Shown here: in pieces, positions 11,719 through 21,504 of the stretch | Layout: each line of letters begins with the position of its first letter | How positions within the stretch are numbered: the stretch's first letter is position 1 | From: Acidobacteriota bacterium | GTDB lineage: Bacteria > Acidobacteriota > Terriglobia > Terriglobales > Acidobacteriaceae | DNA: 55,713 nt | Assembly (NCBI GenBank): GCA_021828835.1 | Contig: JAJZCY010000001.1 | Coordinates: forward strand, 1-55,713 | Direction of reading: 5' to 3' | Made by a program: the position numbers and the translations under genes | The notes under the pieces: model-generated | What the model saw: the letters and a program-made list of their open reading frames with translations, nothing else | What the model was told of the DNA's origin: nothing | Databases searched by the model: none

Positions 11719-14664
11719 TTACTGCTTGCTGCCACGCGCCAGCGCCTCGGCAAAGTGCACCGCTTCGCGCCCGCCCAGTTGCGCAATCTGCTCCCGGCAA
11801 CTGAAGCCGTCGGCCACGATCACCGTTTCAGACGCTGCCGCCTCTACCGCCGGCAGCAGACCATCGCGGGCGATGCGCTTCGACACTTCGTACTTGCTGG
11901 CCTCAAAGCCGAACGGCCCCGCCATGCCGCAGCAGCCGGCCTGGATCGCCTCCACGTTTGCGCCCGCCTTGCGCAGCAGCGCGATCTCACTGACCGGCCC
12001 GCCAAACACCGCCTTGTGATGGCAGTGGCCGTGCACCAGCACATTCTGCCCTTTTAGGCGGCCGGCCGTGAACTCCGGCGCCTTCTCGGCCAGCCAGTCG
12101 GCCAGCAGCCAAACCAGCCCGCGCAGCCGCTTGGCCCTCGGATCGTTGGGGAACATCTCCGGCAGTTCGTCTTTGAAGACGCTGGCGCAGCTCGGCTCCA
12201 GAAAGAGGAATGGCAGCCCGGCATCGATCTGCGGCGCCATGCGCTCCAGCACGTTTGCCAGATAGGTTCTCGCTTCCGCGAGGAAACCGAAATCGTAGAG
12301 CGGCCGTCCGCAGCAGATGTGCCCCTGCGGCACCTGAACAGCGAAACCGGCTTCGGTCAAGACGGACTCCGCCGCGGACAGCGTCTGCGGGTGGTAGTAG
12401 TTGTTCCAGGTGTCGGCCCACAGCACCACCTGGGTGGCGTCGGACTTCACCGCCGGCGTCTTTCTCCTGCCGCGCAGCGCCTGAAAGCTCTTGCCTGCCA
12501 GGCGCGGCATCTGCCGCTCCCCGGCGATTCCTGCAATGCGCTTGATCAGCGGGCTGGTCAGCGGCCCGGAGAGGATGGCGTTGGTCAGCACCGGCGTGAT
12601 CGCGCCCATCCGCGCCATCTTGTCGGCAAAGCCGAAGATGTAGTGCTGGATGGGGTGGCGGCGTCCCTTGTAGTGCTGCGCCAGGAACTCCGCCTTGTAC
12701 TGCGCCATGTCCACCTGCACCGGGCACTCGCTCTTGCAGGCCTTGCAGCTCAGGCACAGGTCCAGCGCCTCGTGCACGGCCTCGCTCTGGAAGCCTTCCT
12801 CGCGCAGCGCCCCGGCCATCATCTCCCACAGCAGGCGCGCCCGGCCGCGCGTGGAGTGCTGCTCTTCTCCGGTGCCGCGGTAGCTGGGGCACATCACGCC
12901 GCCCTTGGTGCTGCGGCAGGCGCCCACGCCCACGCAGCGCTCGGCGGCGCGCTCAAATGACCCTCCATCCGCCGCAAACACAAAGTGCTTCTCCGGCTCG
13001 TGCGCGATCGCGGCCGCCTCATCGCCGTAGCGCAGGTTCTCCGCCGGATCGTAGACGCGCACCGCATCCGACAGCTTACCGGGATTCATGCGGTTGTCGG
13101 GATCCCACAGCATCTTGAACTCGCGGAAGGCCTCCACCAGTTCCGGCCCGTACATCTTGGGCAGCAGCGCGGCGCGCGCCTGCCCATCGCCGTGCTCGCC
13201 GCTGAACGAGCCGCCGAACTCCACCACCACATCGGCCGCCCGCTCCAGAAACTCGCGGAATTTACGAATGCCCTCGGCGGTGCGGAAATCAAAGTTGATG
13301 CGGGTATGCACGCAGCCCTGGCCGTAGTGGCCGTAGAGCGGACTGCTGTAGCCGTACTCCTTCATGAGTGCGGTGATGCGGCGCAGATAGTTGCCCAGTT
13401 GGGCCGGCGGCACCGCCGCGTCCTCCCAGCCCTCGAAGCGGTCCGCCTCGCCGGGCACGAAGACCACCGCGCCCAGCGCCGACTCCCGAACATGCCACAC
13501 CGCCGCGGCCTCTTCCGGCGTGCACACATGCGCGTTGGGCGGCACGGGCCATGACTGCGACGCGCGAGCCACGGCCTCGGCCTTCTCGCGCACTTCCTCG
13601 TCCGAGTTCGCGCCCATCTCCACCAGCAGGAAGCCGCGCCCCTGCGGCAACTGCTCCAGGTGCCGCAGCGCCAGCCCCTTGCGGCGCATGAAGTCCACCA
13701 GCAGTTGATCGAAGCCCTCCAGCCCGATGGGCTTGTGCTCCAGCGCCAGCGGCACCGCGTCGGCGGCGGCAAACGGGTCGTCGAAACCCAGCACCACCAG
13801 CACGCGGCACTGCGGGCTATTGGTCAGGTTCAGCGTCGCGCCCACGATGTTGACGCAAGTGCCCTCCGAGCCCACCAGCGCGCGCGCCACGTTGAAGCTG
13901 CTCTCCGGCAGCAGCTCGTCCAGGTTGTAGCCGGAGACGCGCCGCGGAATGCGCGGAAACTTCTGCCGCACCAGCTCGCTGTAGCTGTCGCGCAGCCGCT
14001 TCAGTCCCGCATAGATCTCGCCTTTGCGGCCGCCGCCGCGAATCGCGGCTTCCAGTTCTTCGGGCGAGGTCGGCCCCACCGTCAGGCGCGTGCCGTCGTA
14101 GAGCACCACGTCGAGCGACTCGACGTTGTCCACGGCCTTGCCCCCCAGCAGGCCGTGCACCCCGCAACTGTTATTGCCGAGGATGCCGCCCAGCGTGCAG
14201 CGCGAGTGGGTCGCCGGATCGGGCGCATAGGTCAGGTGGTGCACCTCGGCGGCTTCGCGCAGGCGGTCGAGCACAATGCCCGGCTGCACGTGCGCCAGCT
14301 TGCGCTCCGGCTCCAATCCCACCAGCGCATTCATGTAGCGGGAATAATCGAAGACCACCGCCACGTTCACGCATTGCCCGGCCAGGCTGGTGCCCGCGCC
14401 GCGCGGCAGCACCGCCGCTCCTGTGGCGCGGCAGGCGGCGATGGCCGCTTCCACGTCCGCGGCATCGCGCGGAAACACCACGCCGATGGGAAGCTGGCGG
14501 TAGTTGGAGGCATCGGCGGCGTAGAGAGCGCGCGAACCCAGATCAAACTTGACGTCGCCGCGCAGGTCGCGCCGGAGGCGCGCCTCCAACTCGCGATGAG
14601 CTGCAAAGCGCTCGTGCTCCAGCGGCACAGCGTTCGAGACGATGGGAAGCTGCGATGTACTCAC
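11719..14664 (-). CDS. FAD-binding, Fe-S-containing oxidoreductase (GlcD/GlcF fusion, YdiJ-like)
   Basis: RGAGTSLAGQ, APDPA, GEHGDG, CVGVGAC, CLSCKAC..ECP, CCG motifs; GTG 14664 chosen because TACCAT lies 6 nt upstream. Confidence 0.88.
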   Translation of the reverse strand: MSTSQLPIVSNAVPLEHERFAAHRELEARLRRDLRGDVKFDLGSRALYAADASNYRQLPIGVVFPRDAADVEAAIAACRATGAAVLPRGAGTSLAGQCVNVAVVFDYSRYMNALVGLEPERKLAHVQPGIVLDRLREAAEVHHLTYAPDPATHSRCTLGGILGNNSCGVHGLLGGKAVDNVESLDVVLYDGTRLTVGPTSPEELEAAIRGGGRKGEIYAGLKRLRDSYSELVRQKFPRIPRRVSGYNLDELLPESSFNVARALVGSEGTCVNIVGATLNLTNSPQCRVLVVLGFDDPFAAADAVPLALEHKPIGLEGFDQLLVDFMRRKGLALRHLEQLPQGRGFLLVEMGANSDEEVREKAEAVARASQSWPVPPNAHVCTPEEAAAVWHVRESALGAVVFVPGEADRFEGWEDAAVPPAQLGNYLRRITALMKEYGYSSPLYGHYGQGCVHTRINFDFRTAEGIRKFREFLERAADVVVEFGGSFSGEHGDGQARAALLPKMYGPELVEAFREFKMLWDPDNRMNPGKLSDAVRVYDPAENLRYGDEAAAIAHEPEKHFVFAADGGSFERAAERCVGVGACRSTKGGVMCPSYRGTGEEQHSTRGRARLLWEMMAGALREEGFQSEAVHEALDLCLSCKACKSECPVQVDMAQYKAEFLAQHYKGRRHPIQHYIFGFADKMARMGAITPVLTNAILSGPLTSPLIKRIAGIAGERQMPRLAGKSFQALRGRRKTPAVKSDATQVVLWADTWNNYYHPQTLSAAESVLTEAGFAVQVPQGHICCGRPLYDFGFLAEARTYLANVLERMAPQIDAGLPFLFLEPSCASVFKDELPEMFPNDPRAKRLRGLVWLLADWLAEKAPEFTAGRLKGQNVLVHGHCHHKAVFGGPVSEIALLRKAGANVEAIQAGCCGMAGPFGFEASKYEVSKRIARDGLLPAVEAAASETVIVADGFSCREQIAQLGGREAVHFAEALARGSKQ

Positions 14665-14766
14665 CAAGGAATGGTAGCGTACCGCCTGCACATCGGGCGC
14701 GGCCGGGGGAATGAATCGAGCTGAGGTGACCTGGAACTCCGCCCCGCAGTTTTCAACTTCCGGAGG

Positions 14767-15339
14767 CTACTCGCCCGGCCACTCTTCAACCACTACGCCC
14801 AGATCGTTGAGCTGCCGCATCACCGCCTCCACGTTCTGGCGCACCAGCCGCCGGTCCTTTGCCGGCGCGTCCTGCGACTCCTGCACCGCGACGACCCGTC
14901 CGTAGGGCCATGCCCCAGCGGGAATCGCGGAGACCGCCCGGGCCAGGTCGGAGACGCGCACCTGCATCTCCTGCCGCCGCGCCGACTGCGGCCGCAGTAG
15001 CGTGCCCTTGGCTACCGAACTGGTGTTCACATCGGCGAACAGGATCCGCAGCGTCACGTAGTCGGGCCCAACCACGATGAACGGATTGGTCCATTGCGAG
15101 GGACTGTGCACGTTGGCGTACATGCCTTTGGTCGGCAAGGGAATCTGGGCAAGCTGAGCGCGGTCCTGGTCGAGCTGGCTGGCGTTGGCCTGCGCCTTGT
15201 GCTCGGCGTTGACCGCGTTATGGGCCACGCCTTCGACAGCCTGCTCGCCCTTGTGGCAAGCGGTCAGGGCCAGTGGAAGCGCCAGAGCGAACGCGAGAAT
15301 CTGTTTGGAGGAGGGGCCGGAAATCACGATTTCAAGCAT
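14767..15339 (-). CDS. Hypothetical lipoprotein
   Basis: Lipobox-like LALTAC after a hydrophobic stretch; coding-like composition. Confidence 0.65.
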   Translation of the reverse strand: MLEIVISGPSSKQILAFALALPLALTACHKGEQAVEGVAHNAVNAEHKAQANASQLDQDRAQLAQIPLPTKGMYANVHSPSQWTNPFIVVGPDYVTLRILFADVNTSSVAKGTLLRPQSARRQEMQVRVSDLARAVSAIPAGAWPYGRVVAVQESQDAPAKDRRLVRQNVEAVMRQLNDLGVVVEEWPGE

Positions 15340-15436
15340 AGCAGGAGGCGCGCTCCACCGAGGCCGTAGTCTCCGTCACAGCGGGCCCTCCGCACTTGTT
15401 GCTACGCTGCTGCCGCAGCCGGAAGGGCAGGTCCGT

Positions 15437-16033
15437 ATGGGCAGAAAAATCGTCGCGATCCTGGGCAGCTACCGTCAGGACGGCAATCTTGAAACGGCCG
15501 CCGCCCTCATGCTGGAGGCCGCCCGTGCCCGCGGGGCCGAGACCCAAGTCTTCCACCTCCGCGAACAGCACATCGAGTTCTGCACCAATTGCCGCACCTG
15601 CATGCAGGCTCCAGGCGAGGCGCGCGGCCACTGCGTGCAGCAGGACGATCTGGAGACGATCCTGACTGCCGCTGAGGACGCCGATGCTCTCATCCTGGGG
15701 TCGCCGGTGAACTGCTTTAATACCACTGCGCTGTTCAGGCGATTCATGGAGCGGCTGGTGGGCTTCGGCTACTGGCCGTGGGGGCAGAATGCGCCGAAAA
15801 CCCGCAGCAAGCGCCGCCCCCGCCGCGCGGTGCTGATTGCCACGGCGGCCATGCCGGCATTCTTCATCCCCTTGGCGACCGGCGCGCCTCGTGCCCTGCG
15901 CCTGACGGCCGGGCTGCTGGGGGCGAAGATCGCGGGCAAGCTGTGGATCGGGCTGGCCGCGCAGCAGCCGGAAGCTCGCCTCTCCGCCGCCGTGCGCCAA
16001 CGAGCTGAGCGGATAGGAGCCATGCTGGCCTAG
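15437..16033 (+). CDS. Flavodoxin-family / NAD(P)H-dependent FMN reductase (Fe-S flavoprotein type)
   Basis: ILGSYR..GN, CTNCRTC...C..QDD, D.LILGSPV. Confidence 0.8.
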   Translation: MGRKIVAILGSYRQDGNLETAAALMLEAARARGAETQVFHLREQHIEFCTNCRTCMQAPGEARGHCVQQDDLETILTAAEDADALILGSPVNCFNTTALFRRFMERLVGFGYWPWGQNAPKTRSKRRPRRAVLIATAAMPAFFIPLATGAPRALRLTAGLLGAKIAGKLWIGLAAQQPEARLSAAVRQRAERIGAMLA

Positions 16034-16104
16034 GACTCACACGATTGTATGGGAGAGATTTTTTCCAACCGTCAGAATTGCCGCTCCACCGGGAGCAACG
16101 CCAG

Positions 16105-16138
16105 TTGACTTTCGAAAGTGGTCATCCTATTCTGGTCA
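16105..16138 (+). promoter_or_regulatory. Sigma70-type promoter of the TA operon with a TGGTCA direct repeat
   Basis: TTGACT (16105-10), 17 nt, TATTCT (16128-33); TGGTCA at 16119 and 16133 flanks the -10. Confidence 0.6.
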
Positions 16139-16157
16139 CCGAAGAGGAAAACCTGTC

Positions 16158-16385
16158 ATGCGGAAAATGGCAGCCGCGCAATTCAAAGCCCAATGTCTCG
16201 CCGTGATGGATCACGTGTCGCAGAGTGGTCATCCGGTTGTGATTACGAAACATGGCAAACCTGTCGTCAAGGTCGTCCCTGCGACGGAATCGGAAGATGA
16301 GATCTTCGGAGCTCTGTCTGGCATTGCCAGAATCACAGGCGATGTTGAGATCACGGTTCCGGCCAGCGATTGGGAAGTGGCATGA
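16158..16385 (+). CDS. Phd/YefM-family antitoxin
   Basis: AAQFKAQCL..MD.V...PVVITKHGKPV; ATGA overlap with a PIN gene. Confidence 0.9.
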   Translation: MRKMAAAQFKAQCLAVMDHVSQSGHPVVITKHGKPVVKVVPATESEDEIFGALSGIARITGDVEITVPASDWEVA

Positions 16386-16771
16386 TCCTGCTCGACACCC
16401 ATATCCTGATCTGGCTTCTGATCGATCCAGAAAGACTCTCGTCGAAGGCCAGGAAGGCGATCCGCGCGGCCCGCAAATCCGGTCCGCTTGCCCTTTCAGC
16501 CATCAGCTTGTGGGAAATCGCGTGGCTGGCGGAGAACAAGAGAATCGCCATCGATGTAAGCGTCGAATCCTTTGTGAAAAAATGCGCTTCCTACGTGGAA
16601 GTTCTCCCCATCACAGCGGAGATCGCAGCTCGTTCGGTTCAGTTCCCGGATTCTTACCCAAAGGACCCGCAGGATAAGCTCATCGGTGCCACCGCCCTGG
16701 TCGAAGGCCTACGCCTGCTGACCCACGACGCGCAGATCACCGCGTCCGGCCTGGTGCCGCTGGCAATTTAG
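16382..16771 (+). CDS. vapC: VapC-family PIN-domain toxin
   Basis: ILLDTHILIW, SAISLWEI, KDP.D.LI.ATA, LLT.D. Confidence 0.9.
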   Translation: MILLDTHILIWLLIDPERLSSKARKAIRAARKSGPLALSAISLWEIAWLAENKRIAIDVSVESFVKKCASYVEVLPITAEIAARSVQFPDSYPKDPQDKLIGATALVEGLRLLTHDAQITASGLVPLAI

Positions 16772-16778
16772 GTTGAGG

Positions 16779-16868
16779 GCAGGTGGCCCGCTCTTCCCCC
16801 CTATTTCCCAGCCGAACATGCGAGTGCCCCATCCATCGAGCGTATTTTGCTCGATGGGTGGGAACCAC
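16779..16868 (+). mobile_element. Complete head-spacer-hairpin REP-like element
   Basis: GCAGGTGGCCC, 32 nt, GAGTGCCCC, hairpin ATCCATCGAGC...GCTCGATGGGT, GGGAACCAC. Confidence 0.7.
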
Positions 16869-16968
16869 GACCCTCAAAGCGCCGCTAACAGGGAGCAACT
16901 AAGGCCCGTCCCCTGGTGTCGTCGCCAATGCGGAAGTCTCGACCGGGTTGAATCCTCAAAGGCAATCA

Positions 16969-17013
16969 CAGATCCTTCGCTCCGCCTGAGATGCGGCTTC
17001 GCTCAGGAGGACA
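16969..17013 (-). repeat. TGTCATCCTGAGCG...GAAGGATC-type palindromic repeat (degenerate)
   Basis: Minus strand reads TGTCCTCCTGAGCGAAGCCGC...GCGGAGCGAAGGATCTG; family assignment is from recall. Confidence 0.55.
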
Positions 17014-17071
17014 ACTTGCGATCGGCGAGGGGCGGCAAACCTCGCGTGATCTGGCCGCACGCTCTTCGCCC

Positions 17072-17110
17072 AAACGAAAACGGCCCGCGCGCAGAGCATG
17101 CGCGCGGGCC
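17072..17110 (-). terminator. Intrinsic terminator of topA
   Basis: GGCCCGCGCGCA-5 nt-TGCGCGCGGGCC stem followed on the minus strand by GTTTTCGTTT. Confidence 0.8.
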
Positions 17111-17121
17111 CTCCATCCGGC

Positions 17122-19791
17122 TTACGCCGGTTGCAGTTCCTTCTTCTCAGCGACCGGCCCGTGCGTCTCCGCGGTGGGCGGAGGCGGCGCGTCGCCGATG
17201 CGCTTGGAGTAGCTGCACACCACCGCGGGCTGCTCCTCGGCCGCGGCTGCTGCCTTCTTGCCGCGCTTCTTCGGAGCTGTCTCTTCCTCGGCCGCCTTCT
17301 TCTTGTTCGGGCATTCGAGGTAGATGCCGCTCTTCAGCACCTTCTCCACCAGGTACGGGCTCTTGCACTCCGGGCAAGGCTTCGGCACCGGTTTCAGGTT
17401 CGACGTGAAGTCGCACTTGGGATAGTTGGTGCAGCCCCAGAAGACATTCCCGCGCCGCGCCTTGCGTTCGGCGATGTTACCCTCGCCGCACTTGGGGCAC
17501 TTCATGCCTTCGATCAGGTTCTGCTTGATGTACTTGCACTTCGGATAGCCCGAGCAGGAGACGAACTCGCCGTACGCTCCCTGCCGCAGCACCAGCGGCT
17601 TGCCGCACTCCGGGCAGGCTTCGCCGGTGGGCTCCGGCGGCTTCTGCTGCTGCTTCTGGCTGAGCTTCCGGAAGGTCTTGCAGGGAGGATCGGCGTTGTA
17701 GTCCGGGCAGGCCATGAACGGCCCGAACAGCCCGCGCCGCATCACCATCACCTTGCCGCAGTTCTCGCAGTACTCCTCCGTGTCGCCGGCCTCCTGCGCC
17801 TCGGGCGTGTTCAGGTCCGGCTTGGCGGCGATGTTCTCCTTGGTGAAGGTGCAGCTCGTCGGGTCCTTCTTGTTGTAGGCCGAGCAGGCGAAGAAGGTGC
17901 CGAACTTGCCCCACTTCAACACCAGCGGCGAGCCGCACAGCTCGCACTTCTCGTCGGTCACCTGCTCCAGGCGCTTGATGTTTTCCATCTTCTTCTCGGC
18001 AACCTTCAACTCGTCTTCAAAGTAGTTGTAGAAGCCGTTGAGAAGAGTCGTCCACTTCTCCTTGCCCTCTTCGATGTCGTCCAGCTCCTCTTCGAGCCGC
18101 GCCGTGTAGCGGGTGTCGAAGATGTACGGGAAGTTCTTCACCATGAGGTCGCAGACCACCACGCCGATCTCGGTGGGATAGAAGCGGCCGCGCGAACCGC
18201 CGTGCTTCACCACGTACTCGCGGTCCTGGATGGTGTTGATGATCGAAGCGTAGGTCGAAGGCCGACCGATGCCGCGCTCCTCCAGCTCCTTCACCAGCGA
18301 GGCCTCGTTATAGCGCGGAGGCGGCTGCGTGAAGTGCTCCTCCGGCGTGAGCTCGTCCATCGCCAGCGTCTTTACCCCGTCGAGATTGGGAAGCTTGTTG
18401 GCGCTCTCGTCCTCGTCGTCCTTCTTCTCTTCGGAGACTTCGTACACCTTCAGGAAGCCGTCGAAGCGCATCACCGAGCCGCTCACGCGGAAGTCATAGC
18501 TCTTGCCGTTCTTCTTTGATTTCGCCTCGATATTGGCGGTGGTCACGTCGAAGATAGCCGGGACCATTTGCGAAGCTACAAAGCGCTTCCAGATCAGCGT
18601 GTACAGCTTGAGCTGCTCATCGCTCAGGAACTTCGCCATCATCTCGGGCGTGCGCGCGGCGTCGGTGGGGCGGATCGCCTCGTGCGCATCCTGCGCGTCC
18701 TTCTTGCCCTTGTAGCTGTTGGGCTCCTTGGGCAGGTACTTCTCGCCCAGGTTCTTTGCGATCCACTCCCGCGCCGCCACTTTGGCTTCCGGCGCCACGC
18801 GCGGAGAATCGGTACGCATATAAGTGATGAGACCGGTGGTGCCTTCGGAGCCCAGATCGATGCCTTCATACAGCCGCTGCGCCACGCCCATGGTGCGCCG
18901 CACATTGAAGCCCAGCTTGTTGGCCGCATCGCGCTGCAATTGGCTGGTGATGAAGGGCGCCAGGGGACGCCGCTGCTGCTCGCGCGCCTGCACGCCCGTC
19001 AGCCGCCAGTCCGCGTCCTGAAGCGCCGCCACCACCTCGTCCATGGCCGCTTTGCCGGGCAGCGCGTTGGCAACGAACGTGTCTTTGCCGTCTTTGTCCT
19101 TGCCGGTGGGCACGCGGGCCGGCTCGCCGCCGATGCCGATGAACTTCGCCTTGAACTTCTTGTCGCCCTGCCGCTCCGGATGAAGCAGCGCTTCAAGGGT
19201 CCAGTACTCCACCGGCTGAAACGCGCGGATCTCGCGCTCGCGCTCCACAATCAGCCGCAGCGCCACCGTCTGCACGCGTCCCGCAGAAAGCCCCCGGCGC
19301 ACCTTGTCCCACAGCAGCGGCGAGATTTGGTAGCCCACCAGGCGATCGAGCACCCGCCGCGTCTGCTGCGCATCCACCAGGTTCTGATCGATGTCGCGGG
19401 CGTGCTGAAACGCGTCCTGAACCGCCTTCTTGGTGATCTCGTTGAAGGTCACACGGCGGATCTTTTTCTTTTCCTTGGCGTTGGTTCCGAGTTGCAGCGC
19501 CAGATGATAGGCGATGGCCTCGCCTTCGCGGTCCGGGTCAGGCGCCAGGTAGATCTCGTCGGACTTGGCGGCCAGCTTCTTGAGCTGCTCCACCACCTTT
19601 TCTTTGCCCGGAGAGACGATGAGCTGCGGTTCGAACGTGCGCTTCTTCAGCTCCACGCCGATATCGTTTTTGGGCAGATCCATGATGTGCCCGACCGAGG
19701 CGCGCACCTCAAACCCCTTGCCCAGATACTTCTCGATCGTCTTGGCTTTGGCGGGGGACTCGACGATCACCAATGATTTGCTCGTTGCCAT
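17122..19791 (-). CDS. topA: DNA topoisomerase I with C-terminal zinc ribbons
   Basis: LVIVESPAKAK, D.DREGE, SAGRVQ, GLITYMRTDS, GIGRPSTYA, four C4 zinc-ribbon repeats. Confidence 0.98.
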   Translation of the reverse strand: MATSKSLVIVESPAKAKTIEKYLGKGFEVRASVGHIMDLPKNDIGVELKKRTFEPQLIVSPGKEKVVEQLKKLAAKSDEIYLAPDPDREGEAIAYHLALQLGTNAKEKKKIRRVTFNEITKKAVQDAFQHARDIDQNLVDAQQTRRVLDRLVGYQISPLLWDKVRRGLSAGRVQTVALRLIVEREREIRAFQPVEYWTLEALLHPERQGDKKFKAKFIGIGGEPARVPTGKDKDGKDTFVANALPGKAAMDEVVAALQDADWRLTGVQAREQQRRPLAPFITSQLQRDAANKLGFNVRRTMGVAQRLYEGIDLGSEGTTGLITYMRTDSPRVAPEAKVAAREWIAKNLGEKYLPKEPNSYKGKKDAQDAHEAIRPTDAARTPEMMAKFLSDEQLKLYTLIWKRFVASQMVPAIFDVTTANIEAKSKKNGKSYDFRVSGSVMRFDGFLKVYEVSEEKKDDEDESANKLPNLDGVKTLAMDELTPEEHFTQPPPRYNEASLVKELEERGIGRPSTYASIINTIQDREYVVKHGGSRGRFYPTEIGVVVCDLMVKNFPYIFDTRYTARLEEELDDIEEGKEKWTTLLNGFYNYFEDELKVAEKKMENIKRLEQVTDEKCELCGSPLVLKWGKFGTFFACSAYNKKDPTSCTFTKENIAAKPDLNTPEAQEAGDTEEYCENCGKVMVMRRGLFGPFMACPDYNADPPCKTFRKLSQKQQQKPPEPTGEACPECGKPLVLRQGAYGEFVSCSGYPKCKYIKQNLIEGMKCPKCGEGNIAERKARRGNVFWGCTNYPKCDFTSNLKPVPKPCPECKSPYLVEKVLKSGIYLECPNKKKAAEEETAPKKRGKKAAAAAEEQPAVVCSYSKRIGDAPPPPTAETHGPVAEKKELQPA

Positions 19792-20157
19792 TGCTTTAAA
19801 AACCAGTTTCCTCTCTGATGCCGCCGCCTGGCTGCGGGGATTCATTTTCCATCCGCCAGGCTGGCAGTCCATTGGACACGCGTGCACGCTTTCGGTCGCA
19901 AATCCGGGCCCGATTTACCGCGATCTAGAATTTTTCCCGTAAAGGTTGCACCGTAACATGGAATACCACATCCTTTCCACTCGCGTCGGTGCCCTAGGTC
20001 TCTCGACTGCGGCGTTCCGCCCTCTCCTGCCCCGCCGCAAACCCCCTGCAAGATATTGATGATTCAGCGGAAGCAACGCTTCAACCACCCTTCGGCGCGA
20101 TTTCAGAGGATGAAAGTGAAAACGTCGGCCACAAAGCGGCTCCGCCCGCCCCCAGTC

Positions 20158-21339
20158 TCACATCGTGCGCACGTAGTGCTTTCCCGGCAAGGCACGTATC
20201 CGGCCCGCAATTTCCAGTTCAAAGAGCGCGGTGAAAACTTCCGATGAGGTGAGCTGCGTCTCCAGAAGCTCGAGCAGTTCATCGAGCTGCCGGCTGTCGT
20301 CGCTTCGCAAAGCCTCCAGTACCAAGGCCTCTTCCGGTCGCAGCACAGGATCAGGCAATAAGGATGCCTGGGCCTCCGATTTGGATGCAGACGGCGCTTC
20401 GGCCTCCAGCTCAAAACGCACCTGCGAGGGCAGCTCCTCCCACACGTCCTCCCACGTCGCCACCAGCTTGGCGCCCTGCTTGATCAGCGTGTTCGGCGTC
20501 CACGAGCCCTTGCTGGTGACATTCCCCGGCACCGCAAATAGATCGCGGTTCTGCTCGGCGGCGCAGCGCGCCGTCACTCGCGTGCCGGAGTTCTCCGCCG
20601 CCTCCACCACCAGCACCGCAATCGAGAGCCCGCTCAGGATACGGTTGCGCCGGGGAAAGTTCTGCGGTGCCGGAAACGTCCCCATCGGCACCTCGCTGAC
20701 GATCGCGCCTCCAGTCGCCAGGATCTCTCCGGCCAGCTTCTTGTTCTCCTTGGGATAGACCACGTCGATGCCCGTGCCCCACACCGCCACCGTGGGCATG
20801 CGCGCCGCCAGCGCGCCCTTGTGTGCGCACGTGTCAATGCCTCGCGCCATGCCGCTCACAATCAGCAACCGCCGCGCGGCAAGATCGCGCGCCAACAGTT
20901 CCGCGATGCCCGTGCCGTAGGGCGTGGGGTGGCGCGTTCCCACCACCGCGATCGCCGGTCGCGCCAGCAGCCCGGCGTTCCCCTGCACCCACAGTACCGG
21001 CGGCGGATCATAGATTTCTTTCAGCCGCTCCGGATATTCCGGGCACCTGAAGCTCACGATCGTGGCACCCTGCGCGGTAACGCGCTGCCACTCCGCTTCG
21101 GCCGCCTGCCGCGCTCGGCCTTCAAAGACGAACTGCCCGGCGCCGCTGGGAAAGTTCAGCGCTTCCAGCTCGGTCAGGGGCAGCGCCAGCAGCCGCGCGG
21201 CGGCTCCCACCTGCTGCACTGCATCCACAATGCGCTTCGGTCCCAATCCCGGTGTCAGCGCCAGCGCCAGCCATGCCAGACGCTCTTCGCCGATTTCCGG
21301 CGCGCGCGCCGCTTCCACCCTCGACGCCTCCACTACCAT
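20158..21339 (-). CDS. dprA: DNA-processing protein DprA
   Basis: YPERL.EIYDPPP, AVVGTR, VSGMARGID, FPRRNRILSGLS, VVEAAENSG; upstream of topA. Confidence 0.95.
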   Translation of the reverse strand: MVVEASRVEAARAPEIGEERLAWLALALTPGLGPKRIVDAVQQVGAAARLLALPLTELEALNFPSGAGQFVFEGRARQAAEAEWQRVTAQGATIVSFRCPEYPERLKEIYDPPPVLWVQGNAGLLARPAIAVVGTRHPTPYGTGIAELLARDLAARRLLIVSGMARGIDTCAHKGALAARMPTVAVWGTGIDVVYPKENKKLAGEILATGGAIVSEVPMGTFPAPQNFPRRNRILSGLSIAVLVVEAAENSGTRVTARCAAEQNRDLFAVPGNVTSKGSWTPNTLIKQGAKLVATWEDVWEELPSQVRFELEAEAPSASKSEAQASLLPDPVLRPEEALVLEALRSDDSRQLDELLELLETQLTSSEVFTALFELEIAGRIRALPGKHYVRTM

Positions 21340-21504
21340 CGCGCTCCACCCGCCGCGGGCCTGCGCGGACGCACACGCCCGCCCTGACCTGCAAGACTGT
21401 AGTTGCAAAGAAAGTTGCGCTCACGTTATTCCTCGGCGCGCGCACTGTCAAGCGCGCGGCTCGCTCGCCTTCACGATCCGGGCAGGCTTGATACGCTAGA
21501 GGCT

